In this document: piece after piece, positions 21,458-30,562 of the stretch
Position numbering within the stretch: position 1 is the first letter of the stretch
Layout: each line of letters begins with the position of its first letter
Source of the DNA: an uncultured delta proteobacterium
Lineage (GTDB): Bacteria > Myxococcota_A > Polyangia > Polyangiales > Polyangiaceae
Assembly (NCBI GenBank): GCA_963806225.1
Contig: CAWDXG010000004.1
Coordinates: 3,904,001 to 3,968,000, forward strand
Length of the DNA stretch: 64,000 nucleotides
Direction: 5' to 3'
Translations under genes and position numbers: made by a program
The notes under the pieces: generated by a model
Databases searched by the model: none
What the model was told of the DNA's origin: nothing
What the model saw: the letters and a program-made list of their open reading frames with translations, nothing else

Positions 21458-22145
21458 AGAATCCCTGGCCGTGGAAGCGAAAGGCCTCCAGAAGGTCTAC
21501 ACGCAGGGGCACGTGGAGGTGCACGCGCTGGGCGGCGTCGATCTCGGGATCGAACCGGGCGAGTTCACGGCGCTGGCAGGACCCTCGGGCTCCGGCAAGA
21601 CCACGCTTCTCAACCTGATCGGCGCGCTGGACCGGCCGAGCGGCGGCAGCATCAAGGTCGGAGGACAGGATCTCGCCGCGCTGAGCGCCGCGGAGCTGGC
21701 GCGCCTGCGTCGCGACCACATCGGCTTCGTGTTCCAGGCCTACAACCTGCTGCCGGTGCTCTCGGCGCTGGAGAACGCCGAGCTGGTGCTGGAGCTGCAG
21801 GGCATGCCGCGCGCCGAGTGCCGGAAGAAGGCCGTCGAGATGCTGGAGGCGGTCGGTCTCGGCGAGATGCTACACCGTCGCCCCGGCGAGCTGTCCGGCG
21901 GGCAGCAGCAACGGGTCGCCGTCGCGCGTGCGATCGCCGCAGCGCGCACGCTGGTGCTCGCCGACGAACCGACGGCGAACCTCGACTCGAAGAGCGCCGA
22001 GTCGCTGCTCGACATCATGGTGGAGCTGAACCAGAGCCACCACCTGACGTTCCTGTTCAGCACGCACGACCCGCGCGTCATGGCCCGTGCACGCCGCGTC
22101 ATCCATCTCGAGGACGGGCGCATCGTGGACGAACAGCACGCGTGA
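21450..22145 (+). CDS. ABC transporter ATP-binding protein (LolD-like)
   Basis: Walker A GPSGSGKT, LSGGQQQR, LADEPTANLD, STHD. Confidence 0.95.
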   Translation: MSEESLAVEAKGLQKVYTQGHVEVHALGGVDLGIEPGEFTALAGPSGSGKTTLLNLIGALDRPSGGSIKVGGQDLAALSAAELARLRRDHIGFVFQAYNLLPVLSALENAELVLELQGMPRAECRKKAVEMLEAVGLGEMLHRRPGELSGGQQQRVAVARAIAAARTLVLADEPTANLDSKSAESLLDIMVELNQSHHLTFLFSTHDPRVMARARRVIHLEDGRIVDEQHA

Positions 22146-23422
22146 TGCGCTCTGCCCTGCTCATCCTCGCGCTGTTGCTGCTCGCGGCGCCGGCTCGCGC
22201 CTTCGTGGTGAGCGAGGATCCGTTCGAGGGCAACTCCTTCACGGTGGGCGGCGCGGTGCGCAGCTACAATCTGGTGCTCAGGGGCGGGCCACTGGACAAC
22301 CCGCTCGCACCGAAGGATTACAATCCGGCCTCGCTCTCGATCGTGGCCGTGCGCCCCAAGCTGGAGCTGAAGCGCGCGAAGTTCGACTTCACCGTCCACG
22401 ACGAGCTGGTCTCCACCGCCAGCACACTGCCCACCGCGCTCGTCGGCAGTGCGCTCTCGATCGGGCAGGGCGCCGAGACACCCTCGTGGCTGCCGTTGCA
22501 GTGGACCGCCGTCGATCGCGCAAGCTACAAGCTCCGCGATCGCGTCGACTGGCTCTACGTGGGCTACACGCTCGGCGACTTCAGCCTCAAGATCGGCCGC
22601 CAGCCCGTCAGCATCGGCCGCGGGCAGATCTGGACTCCGGAGGATCTGCTCGCTCCCTTTTCGCCCCTGCAGATCAACACCGAGTACAAGCCCGGCGTCG
22701 ACGCGGCACGCGTCGACTGGACGATCTCCGATCGCGCGACGCTGCTCGTGGTCGGTTCGCTCGGTGCACGGAATTCCGGGCACGACTTCCAGGTGAAGAA
22801 GGACGGCTCGGCCGCGCTTACGCGGTTCGAGCTATCGCTCGACAAGCTGCGCCTCGGCGCCCTTGCCGGGATGGTGCGCGGCGACGCGGTGGGCGGCATC
22901 GACCTATTCGTCGACCTCGGTCACCAGAGCGATCTGCACGGTTCCGGCACCGTGACCTACGTGCCCGACCGCTCGCGCCGCCGCTACGGTCGTGCGGCCT
23001 TCAACCGCGCGGTGCTCGGCACCACTACGCAACCGGTGAAGAAGCTTCTGCTGACCGCCGAGATGTACTTCAACGGCTCGGGCGCGCCCAGGCCTTCCGA
23101 TTACCTCGCGGAGTTTTCCAGCCCGCGCTTCGCGGTCGGCGAGGAGTACAACGTGGGACGGCTGTACGCGGGCATCGCCGCCGACTGGGAAGTGCACCCG
23201 CTGCTGCACGCGCTGGCGAGCGCGATCGTGAACCTCGAGGACCCTAGCGCGCTCCTCGCGCCCGAGCTCGACTACAACATCGCCCAGAACGCCCTGCTCG
23301 TCGCGGGCGCGTTCATCCCTGTCGGCAGATCAGCGCGATACACAGGCTTCAGCCCGACCCCGCGGAGCGAGTTCGGGCTGTACCCGGAGATGTACCACCT
23401 GGACGCGAAGCTCTATTTCTGA
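22145..23422 (+). CDS. Probable outer-membrane beta-barrel partner of the ABC system
   Basis: TGATG coupling; signal peptide; KIGRQPVSIG, EYKPGVDAAR; amphipathic C-terminal strand ending in Phe (AKLYF). Confidence 0.7.
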   Translation: MRSALLILALLLLAAPARAFVVSEDPFEGNSFTVGGAVRSYNLVLRGGPLDNPLAPKDYNPASLSIVAVRPKLELKRAKFDFTVHDELVSTASTLPTALVGSALSIGQGAETPSWLPLQWTAVDRASYKLRDRVDWLYVGYTLGDFSLKIGRQPVSIGRGQIWTPEDLLAPFSPLQINTEYKPGVDAARVDWTISDRATLLVVGSLGARNSGHDFQVKKDGSAALTRFELSLDKLRLGALAGMVRGDAVGGIDLFVDLGHQSDLHGSGTVTYVPDRSRRRYGRAAFNRAVLGTTTQPVKKLLLTAEMYFNGSGAPRPSDYLAEFSSPRFAVGEEYNVGRLYAGIAADWEVHPLLHALASAIVNLEDPSALLAPELDYNIAQNALLVAGAFIPVGRSARYTGFSPTPRSEFGLYPEMYHLDAKLYF

Positions 23423-23432
23423 GCCCAGCACG

Positions 23433-24101
23433 TTACGGACACTGGTCGGTCGTCGGACAGTCCGACTGCCCCACGGTCGGACAGCACACCCAGACGCAAT
23501 CCGCGGTACCGCTGGTCGTCTCCTTCGTGCTGCTCATTGCCGACTGGCCGCTGCCCGTCACCGTGCCCGGATCCCCGTTGCCGCTGTCACCGTCGGTGTC
23601 GTGCCAGGGAGTGGAGCCCAACTCGAAGCCCGACAGCGCGGTCGCGGAGAGATCGACCGGGCCGGCCGGCACGCACACCGTCTGCTCCGCCGCCGACTTG
23701 GCGGTCCCGCTCCCCACGGAAACGGAGCACCAGCTCAGGTAGTTCTTCACGGTGAGCGCCACGGGCGTGCTGCCACCACAACCGCTGCTGCCGCCGGCGC
23801 CGCCCGTCGAGCCGCCGCTGCCGCCGGCGCCGCCCATCGAGCCGCCGGTGCCACCTGTGGACCCGCCGTCGGTCCCGGCACTGCCGCCGGTCGAGCCGCC
23901 GGTTCCGCCCATGGAACCGCCGGTTCCGCCCATGGAACCGCCGCTGCCGCCGGTCGAACCGCCGGTTCCGGCGCTGCCGCCCGTCGAACCGCCGCTGCCC
24001 CCGCCGCCGTTGTTCGAGTCGCTGCTGCAACCGGTGGTCGCTGCAAGCGCCAGTGTCAGACCAAGGAAAGTCGTCGTTACCAAGCCACTGAAGGATTTCA
24101 T
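23433..24101 (-). CDS. Lipoprotein with Gly/Ser/Thr-rich linker and Cys-rich C-terminal domain, hypothetical
   Basis: Lipobox TTG-C; GGSTGG repeats; CVWVCC...C...CP end. Confidence 0.75.
   Translation of the reverse strand: MKSFSGLVTTTFLGLTLALAATTGCSSDSNNGGGGSGGSTGGSAGTGGSTGGSGGSMGGTGGSMGGTGGSTGGSAGTDGGSTGGTGGSMGGAGGSGGSTGGAGGSSGCGGSTPVALTVKNYLSWCSVSVGSGTAKSAAEQTVCVPAGPVDLSATALSGFELGSTPWHDTDGDSGNGDPGTVTGSGQSAMSSTKETTSGTADCVWVCCPTVGQSDCPTTDQCP
23785..24010 (-). repeat. Imperfect ~21-bp coding tandem repeats (GG-T/A/S-GGS-M/T linker)
   Basis: Repeated gccgccggtcgagccgcc and ggttccgcccatggaaccgcc units. Confidence 0.7.
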
Positions 24102-24249
24102 GCGGACTACCCTTATCTGCCAATTGACCGCCGTCAATTGTCGGGGGTGCCTGCTCAACCTGCGCACCCGGCCCGCGGGCCGCTCTCCAGCCGTTCGCCG
24201 CCGGCGAATCCGGAAACCGGACGTACCCGCGCGGAGTAGCATCGCGGCC

Positions 24250-25098
24250 ATGCGCTCGTTTTCTCTCGCGGTCCTGGCCGGGCTGGCCGTGGCCTGCTCC
24301 GGACACCCCGCCCCTCCTCCCGCCTCGCCTGCCCCTGCGCCCCCCGCTGCAGCGCCGGCGGCGGTCGCCTCGACATCATCGGCACCCGCCCCCGCTCCAG
24401 CCATCAAGATCCCGGATCCTATCCGGCGAGCGGTGGACGCTCCGGACCGCATCGCAGCCGATCGCGCGCTGGATGCAGGAAGACACCCGGCCGAGTACCT
24501 CGCCTTCTTCCAGATCAAACCCGGGATGCACGTGGCGGAGCTGGGCGCCGGCGGCGGCTACACCAGCGAGCTGCTCGCGCGCGTCGTAGGCCCGAAGGGC
24601 AAGGTCTACGGGCAGAACTCGCCGTTCATCCTCGAGCACTTCGCGGAAAAGCCGTGGAGCGAGCGCTTGAAGAAACCGATCAACGCCAACATCGTGCGCG
24701 TCGACCGCGAGTTCGACAGCCCGCTGCCCGACGACGTGCAGCATCTCGACGCGGTGCTGATGGTGCTCTTCTACCACGACACGGTCTGGATGAAGACGGA
24801 CCGCGCCAAGATGAACCTGGCCGTGTTCCGTGCCCTGAAGAAGGGCGGCGTGTTCGGCATCGTCGACCACGCTGCCGCGCCCGGCCACGGCGTCGACGAC
24901 GCGAAGACGCTGCATCGCATCGAGGAGAGCGTCGTCAAGCGCGAGGTCGAAGCAGCGGGCTTCAAGCTCGATGCCGAAGCCGACTTCCTGAAGAACCCCG
25001 ACGACCACCACGACTGGAGCGCCTCTCCCGGCGCAGCAGGCAAGCGCCGCGGGACCACCGATCGATTCGTGCTGCGCTTCGTGAAACCCACGGACTGA
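24250..25098 (+). CDS. Secreted class I SAM-dependent methyltransferase-like lipoprotein
   Basis: Lipobox AVA-C; DAGRHPAEYLAFF, VAELGAGGGY, FYHD, GIVDHAA, LHRIEE, TDRFVLRFVKP. Confidence 0.85.
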   Translation: MRSFSLAVLAGLAVACSGHPAPPPASPAPAPPAAAPAAVASTSSAPAPAPAIKIPDPIRRAVDAPDRIAADRALDAGRHPAEYLAFFQIKPGMHVAELGAGGGYTSELLARVVGPKGKVYGQNSPFILEHFAEKPWSERLKKPINANIVRVDREFDSPLPDDVQHLDAVLMVLFYHDTVWMKTDRAKMNLAVFRALKKGGVFGIVDHAAAPGHGVDDAKTLHRIEESVVKREVEAAGFKLDAEADFLKNPDDHHDWSASPGAAGKRRGTTDRFVLRFVKPTD

Positions 25099-25179
25099 GC
25101 CCGCGCGAAAGCCTGCGGCGGTCCGCGACCGGCGTTGTCGCCAGGGCACAGATCGATTTCTCTGCTAGCTCTTTGTGCC

Positions 25180-26118
25180 ATGGCAAGAACAGTCGATCTG
25201 AACCGGATCGCGGTCGCAGTCGAGGTCATGGAACGCGGAAGCTTCACGGCCGCTGCCAAGGCGCTGGGCATGCCGAAGTCCTCGGTGAGCCGCGGCGTGT
25301 CAGCCCTCGAGCAGGAGCTCGGCGTCACGTTGCTGAAGCGGACGACGCGCAAGCTCGCGCTGACCGAGGAGGGACGACAATGGTTCGAGCGCGCGCGGGG
25401 TGCGATTGCGGAGCTGGAACAGGCCAGCGCCTGTCTGAGCAATCGCGAACGCGATCCCCACGGCGTCGTGCGCGTGACGGCGCCGCCCGACGCCGGCCCC
25501 ATGCTGCTGGACGCGCTGGCCAACTTCCACCCCCTCTACCCGGAGGTCCATGTGGAACTCGTGCTCACGGCGCGCCGCCTGGATCTAGTCGGAGAAGGAA
25601 TCGACCTGGCGCTCCGGGCCGGGCGCCTGGAGGATTCGACGCTGATGGCGCGAAAGCTCTTTGCCACGGACATGGGGCTCTACGCCTCCCCGGAGTACCT
25701 CGAGCGGCGCGGGCGGCCGCGCACGGTGGCCGATCTCGCGCGTCACGACTGCGTACCGTTCCGGGCAAGGGAGGGCCGCGGAGTCTGGCGGCTTTCCGGG
25801 CCGCGCGGGCAAACCACCAAGGTAGAGGTGACCGGCTTCATCAGTGTCCACGACGTCGGCTTCGTCGTGGATGCGTGCCTGGCCGGCATGGGTATCGGTC
25901 TGGGCCCGGTTCACCGCTGTGAAGTGCTCGTGCAACAAGGACGCCTCGAACGAGTGCTGCCGGGCTGGCGCCTGACCGGCAGCGGGCTGTACCTTCTTCA
26001 CGCGGCCAGCGCATTCTTGCCGCGGCGCGTGGAGGTGCTGCGCGACTATCTCGTCGAGAGGCTCGCCGTGACGAACGAGCTGTCTCCGCGCGGCAGGCGG
26101 ACTAGTCCTCGCCGATGA
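25180..26118 (+). CDS. LysR-family transcriptional regulator (CrgA-like)
   Basis: GSFTAAAKALGMPKSSVSRGVSALEQELGVTLLKRTTR; DLVGEGIDLALRAG; ASPEYL. Confidence 0.95.
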   Translation: MARTVDLNRIAVAVEVMERGSFTAAAKALGMPKSSVSRGVSALEQELGVTLLKRTTRKLALTEEGRQWFERARGAIAELEQASACLSNRERDPHGVVRVTAPPDAGPMLLDALANFHPLYPEVHVELVLTARRLDLVGEGIDLALRAGRLEDSTLMARKLFATDMGLYASPEYLERRGRPRTVADLARHDCVPFRAREGRGVWRLSGPRGQTTKVEVTGFISVHDVGFVVDACLAGMGIGLGPVHRCEVLVQQGRLERVLPGWRLTGSGLYLLHAASAFLPRRVEVLRDYLVERLAVTNELSPRGRRTSPRR

Positions 26119-26518
26119 TCGTCACCATCACCTGACGCGACGCTCGCGGTCCGTCGAAATCGCAGAGAAACACGTTCTGCCAGGTCGACAGCAGAAGGCG
26201 ACCTTCGCGGATGGGGATGGTCTCGCCCGGTCCGACGATGCCGGCCTGGATGTGCGCGTCGCCGTTGTTGTCGACGCGGTCATGGCGCCAGCGTCCAGGA
26301 GGCGCGAGCTCCGAAAGACAATCGAGCACGTCGAGCCGGATGTTCGGGTCGTCGTTTTCCTGGATCATGAGCGCGGCGGTGGCACCCATCGCGTACAGGG
26401 AGCAGAGACCGTTCTGCACGCCCGACCGTTGGACCTCCGTGCGCGCCTCGCGGGTGATGTCGACCAGTTCGCGGGCCGCGCGGGTCCGCGTCTCGATGAC
26501 GCCGGTGTAGAGCTTCAT
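26102..26518 (-). CDS. yjbQ: YjbQ/UPF0047 family protein (secondary thiamine-phosphate synthase activity)
   Basis: ATAALMIQENDDP, HDRVDNNGDAHI, LSTWQNVFLCDFDGPR. Confidence 0.9.
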   Translation of the reverse strand: MKLYTGVIETRTRAARELVDITREARTEVQRSGVQNGLCSLYAMGATAALMIQENDDPNIRLDVLDCLSELAPPGRWRHDRVDNNGDAHIQAGIVGPGETIPIREGRLLLSTWQNVFLCDFDGPRASRQVMVTIIGED

Positions 26519-27642
26519 ACGAGAACGATACCGAACTCCTCGCGGATGTCCTCGAGCGAGGTATCCAGATACGCGTCGCTCCCGAAGAAGGGCCAGCGCT
26601 TCTTCATGTTCCGGGCGTTCATGAACACCTCGAAAAGCCGCGGGCTGCTCTTGATGGACTCGAGCAGCGTCCGCACGAAGCCGAGCTCCTCGAACAGCTG
26701 CTTGACCTCCGGCGACTTCAGGTAGTCGAAGTAGACCTTCACGTCGATGTCGGAGCCGAAAATGGTCCAGGTGTCGACGAAGCCCTCGTCCGCCATGTTC
26801 GTATCGCAACCGAACACCACGTGGCAGCAATCATGGTGTCGGAACAGCTCCTTGACTTTTTCCGAGTGCATCTTGTTCTCGGTCAAAAGCCCGGGGATGG
26901 TGGAATGGAACTCCTCCTCCCCCTCCCGCAGGGTCATCGTCGTGTCCGGATGCATGTAGCCGTGCTTGACTTCCCCGGGAGCGCGCTGCACCAGCTTGTG
27001 GTGGAGCCAGCGAACGCCGTACAGGGTGCCCACGCCGAGGCCGACCACGGCGCCAAAGCCAGTGACGATGCCGAGACCGGCGCCCACGGCGGCCAGCCCG
27101 GTGGTGATGCCCGCTGCGCTGAGCCACGCCGCCGAGGTGAGCGCCACTGCGCCGACAGGAATGCCGAGCGCGGCGAGCTTGCCGGCGAGTGCCTCGGCAC
27201 GGGCCTTGGCCGCATGCTGGTCCGCTCCGGGTCGCGCAGCGTCGCGCGCGACCGTGACGTATTCCTCGAGCAGCCTGGCCTTGTCGTCGTCGATGCGCAG
27301 GGCCTTGGCAATGCCCTGGAGCATCTCGCGCTCCTGCTTCACGACGGTGTCATCGGCGTACGCAAGCAGCAGACAATCCGTGTACAGCGTGAAGCGCAGA
27401 TCGGAAGCAGCCAGCCGCGTCATAGCGCGTTGGGCAGCGACGCCGTTCCGGCTCTCGGCGGTAACCACGACCTTCTGCGTCTCGCCATCAGGCAAGCCGA
27501 GCTCCTTGCAGAGGGACTTGATCCTGTCGAGCTCGGCCGGCGCGACGACGTCGTCGGCCGCCGCCATCGACCCGACGACAGTCGCGTAGGCGACGCGCTC
27601 GGCAAGCGGGATGTTGCGGGCATCGTGTTCGTGACTGGTCAC
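26515..27642 (-). CDS. TerB-like domain fused through a Gly-zipper/TM segment to a Coq4-like HDxxH domain
   Basis: TerB pattern MAAADDVVAPAE...LAYADDTVVKQE; HDCCH-x11-E motif; GAGGAG RBS before GTG. Confidence 0.7.
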   Translation of the reverse strand: MTSHEHDARNIPLAERVAYATVVGSMAAADDVVAPAELDRIKSLCKELGLPDGETQKVVVTAESRNGVAAQRAMTRLAASDLRFTLYTDCLLLAYADDTVVKQEREMLQGIAKALRIDDDKARLLEEYVTVARDAARPGADQHAAKARAEALAGKLAALGIPVGAVALTSAAWLSAAGITTGLAAVGAGLGIVTGFGAVVGLGVGTLYGVRWLHHKLVQRAPGEVKHGYMHPDTTMTLREGEEEFHSTIPGLLTENKMHSEKVKELFRHHDCCHVVFGCDTNMADEGFVDTWTIFGSDIDVKVYFDYLKSPEVKQLFEELGFVRTLLESIKSSPRLFEVFMNARNMKKRWPFFGSDAYLDTSLEDIREEFGIVLV

Positions 27643-27922
27643 GCTGATCTCCTCTCGCGACGACGGCACAGGATACCCAGGTCAGCGCCGGGAGCCTAGC
27701 GCCGCCGGCGTGCGCCCCACATGGGCGCGCCTACGGTTGTGCAGAGCAACGCGTCGGTGCCGCGAGCCCGCAGACGTGATCCCGATCCCGCCGCCGTCGC
27801 AGGAGCTCACCATGGTCTGCGGCAGCGCGGTCGCGAAGTCGGTGATGTAGCGCTTGCGATGCCAGAATCGCGGGCGCCAGCCACAACCGCAAGACCCACA
27901 GACGCAACGCACCGGACGCTCG

Positions 27923-30211
27923 TCACTGTTTCTTCGAGCGCTTTCTCCACCCGGTGAGACCAAGAGCCGCCAGAAGTACCCATACTGCACCGGCAGGTGT
28001 GCTGCCGCGCGTGCCCAGGCGGCAGCCACAACCGCCGCTCTTGTCAGGCGGCGTGTTGCCCGCTGTGCCCCCGCTGCCCCCGGCTCCCCCCGCGCCGCCT
28101 GCACCGCCGACGTTCTCGACCGCGTAGCCTCCACACGGTTCGACTGGCACCCCCGCCGAACGGTCCATCAACGCCAGCGCGTAGGCACCGGCGCCGAAGC
28201 CGATCATGGGAACGGAGCCGGCGTAGTCGGCGGTCTTCGCGTCGTACAGCTCGGAGACGAGATTGTAGTTGTCCGCCGACTGCTCGGTGACCCAATCGAG
28301 CAGGGGCCCCGCGGCCTGGTCCCCCATCCGTCGCATCGCGACGGCGGTGCGCAGGTCCACCACCACCCACTCCTGGCTGTCGTACCAGCCGCCGTCCTGG
28401 TTGCGGAAGAAGCCGCGTCCGCTCTGCGGCACCAGCGCCTGCTTCATCGCCGAGACCGTGGCCTTGGCCGAGCGCCCCGCCGGATCGACCAGGCCCGAGG
28501 CGACGGCCTCGATCGCCGCGGCGTCGAGAAAGCCGCTCCCCAGCTGGAGCGCCTCGTAGCTCTGCGCGATGGTCCCGTCCGGCGCGGCAAGCTGTGTGGT
28601 GATCGCGTCGCGGGCGAGCTTTCCCGCCGCGCGGTACTTGTCTGCACGAGCGCTGTCGCCGGCCTGTTCGGCCAGATCGGCCGCGGCGCACAGACCGTGG
28701 GCCGCCGCGATGGTCGTGTAGGAAAAGTGCCTCTGCTTGCCGTTCCAGTGCACTTCCCAGATCGACGAATCCGGGGCGATAAGCCCACTCGGTTCCTGCA
28801 GATCGACGAGTACGTCCGCCACCTTGCTGCCGAGCGCCGGCCACCACGCCTTCAGACTCGCCGTGTCCTTGGTGGCCTGCACGTACTCGTACACTTCCCA
28901 CAGGAACAATCCGAAACCATCGAACTCGATGTTCGGGCCGTCCTGGTTCGAATCGCTCTCTTCCACGCCGTCGCCGAAGTAGCGCGTAACGGAGACCTGG
29001 TAGGGATGGCCGACGTACTTTTCGTACTTGTCCGCGTCGGCGCCGAGCTGGAACTGGATGGCTCGCTTGGCCTCCGCCGCGTGTCCCGCGCGGGACAGCG
29101 CTACGACGGCGTAGGCCATGTCGCGGACCCAAGCGATGTTCCACTGACCCGGCGGCAGGCTGGCCAGGATCTGTCCGTCGCTCTTGCCGGGCTCTGACAC
29201 CTGCCCCATGCGCAGCATGGCCATCGACTGCTGGTAGAGCGCGCTCTCGGCTGCGGACAGCCCCTTCGGCTCCGGCTTGTGCCAGCTCTTCCACGCCGCG
29301 CGCTCGTCGGCGAGCAGCTGCTCGGCGCTGCGACCCTTGAGCCAGCTCTCGACCGCATCGATGTGCGGCGCCACGTCGCCGCCCGAGTCGAGCACCACGA
29401 ACGAGCCGGACCAGGCAACGCTGCCCTGGGCGACGCTGCCGAGCGACCACTGGAGACCCGCAGCGGCGTCGTCGTATGTCCCGCCCGTGCCGGCGTTGTC
29501 GGTCAGGTCGGCGCCCGATCCCAGGAGTTGATACGGGTTGTCGGGACTTGCAGAGTGATGCGACGCGCTGCCGATGCTGCCGTAGGCTATCGCCGCACCG
29601 CTTGGCCCCCACTCCATCCAGGCCCCGCGCGTCGCATCCCACGTGATGGTCTCGCCCGAGGGATCGGGATCCGGCGCACCGCTGCCCAGATGGAAGTTGA
29701 ACATCATGTACGCGTCCACGGGCGCCGCGCTGCCGCTCTTGCGCTCGACGCGCACCAGGCTCAAGAGGGCGTGCTCGGCCAGGTCGATCGGCGAAAATTC
29801 GTACTCGTCGACGCTCAGGCCGGACCAGCTGCGTGCGATGTGGATGATGCCGGTGCCGGCTTCGTACTCGACCTTGTCCGGCGCGACATCGCTGAGCCAG
29901 GTGCCCGCCTGACCCGGCCCACCCAGCCGGAGCCCGGGGTAGCAATCGTAGGCGAAGTTGCGCGTCTGGCTGCCGTCGCTCCGGGCCTTGTAGGGGTGCT
30001 CGTAGAAGTGCGTGATGCGGTTCTTCGCCGTGTCGTAGAGCACCAGCGCGCGCCCGTTGGACGACACGAGCTGCGTCGCCGAACGGTGGGGCGCAGGCAG
30101 AGCACGCGCGGTCGCAGCACCACACAGGCTCCCGACAACCAGCGCGACGGCCGTGAGCGATCTTCCGGCCAGGAGCGGGACGGAGAAGCGGCGGTAGCTG
30201 GAAGACAACAT
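27923..30211 (-). CDS. GH15 glucoamylase-like glycoside hydrolase with MYXO-CTERM sorting signal
   Basis: WNIAWVRD, DSSIWE, LVSELYD motifs; C-terminal GGCGC...TM...RKRSKK. Confidence 0.85.
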   Translation of the reverse strand: MLSSSYRRFSVPLLAGRSLTAVALVVGSLCGAATARALPAPHRSATQLVSSNGRALVLYDTAKNRITHFYEHPYKARSDGSQTRNFAYDCYPGLRLGGPGQAGTWLSDVAPDKVEYEAGTGIIHIARSWSGLSVDEYEFSPIDLAEHALLSLVRVERKSGSAAPVDAYMMFNFHLGSGAPDPDPSGETITWDATRGAWMEWGPSGAAIAYGSIGSASHHSASPDNPYQLLGSGADLTDNAGTGGTYDDAAAGLQWSLGSVAQGSVAWSGSFVVLDSGGDVAPHIDAVESWLKGRSAEQLLADERAAWKSWHKPEPKGLSAAESALYQQSMAMLRMGQVSEPGKSDGQILASLPPGQWNIAWVRDMAYAVVALSRAGHAAEAKRAIQFQLGADADKYEKYVGHPYQVSVTRYFGDGVEESDSNQDGPNIEFDGFGLFLWEVYEYVQATKDTASLKAWWPALGSKVADVLVDLQEPSGLIAPDSSIWEVHWNGKQRHFSYTTIAAAHGLCAAADLAEQAGDSARADKYRAAGKLARDAITTQLAAPDGTIAQSYEALQLGSGFLDAAAIEAVASGLVDPAGRSAKATVSAMKQALVPQSGRGFFRNQDGGWYDSQEWVVVDLRTAVAMRRMGDQAAGPLLDWVTEQSADNYNLVSELYDAKTADYAGSVPMIGFGAGAYALALMDRSAGVPVEPCGGYAVENVGGAGGAGGAGGSGGTAGNTPPDKSGGCGCRLGTRGSTPAGAVWVLLAALGLTGWRKRSKKQ

Positions 30212-30279
30212 GGCGACGCTGCGCCGCGACGAGCGCAGGCGCCTAGGGTACCACGGCGCGACCGAGCGCCTGACTCGCC

Positions 30280-30447
30280 CTAGAAGTCGATCTTGTCGTA
30301 GCCGTACGCGTTTTCTTCCGGCTCGCCTTTTTCAACCCCCGGCGACACCATGAACAGGACAGGGATCGCGCTGATACAGATGATCAGCAGGCCGACCACC
30401 TTGACCAGGGTCACCATGTACGGTTCGGCGGATACGGGCCACCACAT
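30280..30447 (-). CDS. Small single-pass membrane protein (45-55 aa), absent from the ORF track
   Basis: My translation: MWWPVSAEPYMVTLVKVVGLLIICISAIPVLFMVSPGVEKGEPEENAYGYDKIDF*, with GC3-rich codons. Alternative start at 30417. Confidence 0.5.
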   Translation of the reverse strand: MWWPVSAEPYMVTLVKVVGLLIICISAIPVLFMVSPGVEKGEPEENAYGYDKIDF

Positions 30448-30475
30448 AACGGCGGCACCATAGCCGGTCCATTGG

Positions 30476-30499
30476 CCGGCGCAAGACCCTTTGCGCCGG
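30476..30499. promoter_or_regulatory. Perfect 9-bp inverted repeat, candidate operator between divergent GH15 and maltoporin genes
   Basis: CCGGCGCAA-gaccct-TTGCGCCGG. Confidence 0.4.
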
Positions 30500-30562
30500 A
30501 GCGGTCGCGAGCGAAATCACCCGCGGCGCGCCAAGCGGCTATGCGCGGCGGACGACAGTGAT

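Noticed and set aside
23752..24249. Poly-proline N-terminus on the methyltransferase
   Set aside because: It is the antisense of the Gly-rich lipoprotein linker; the real start with signal peptide is at 24250.
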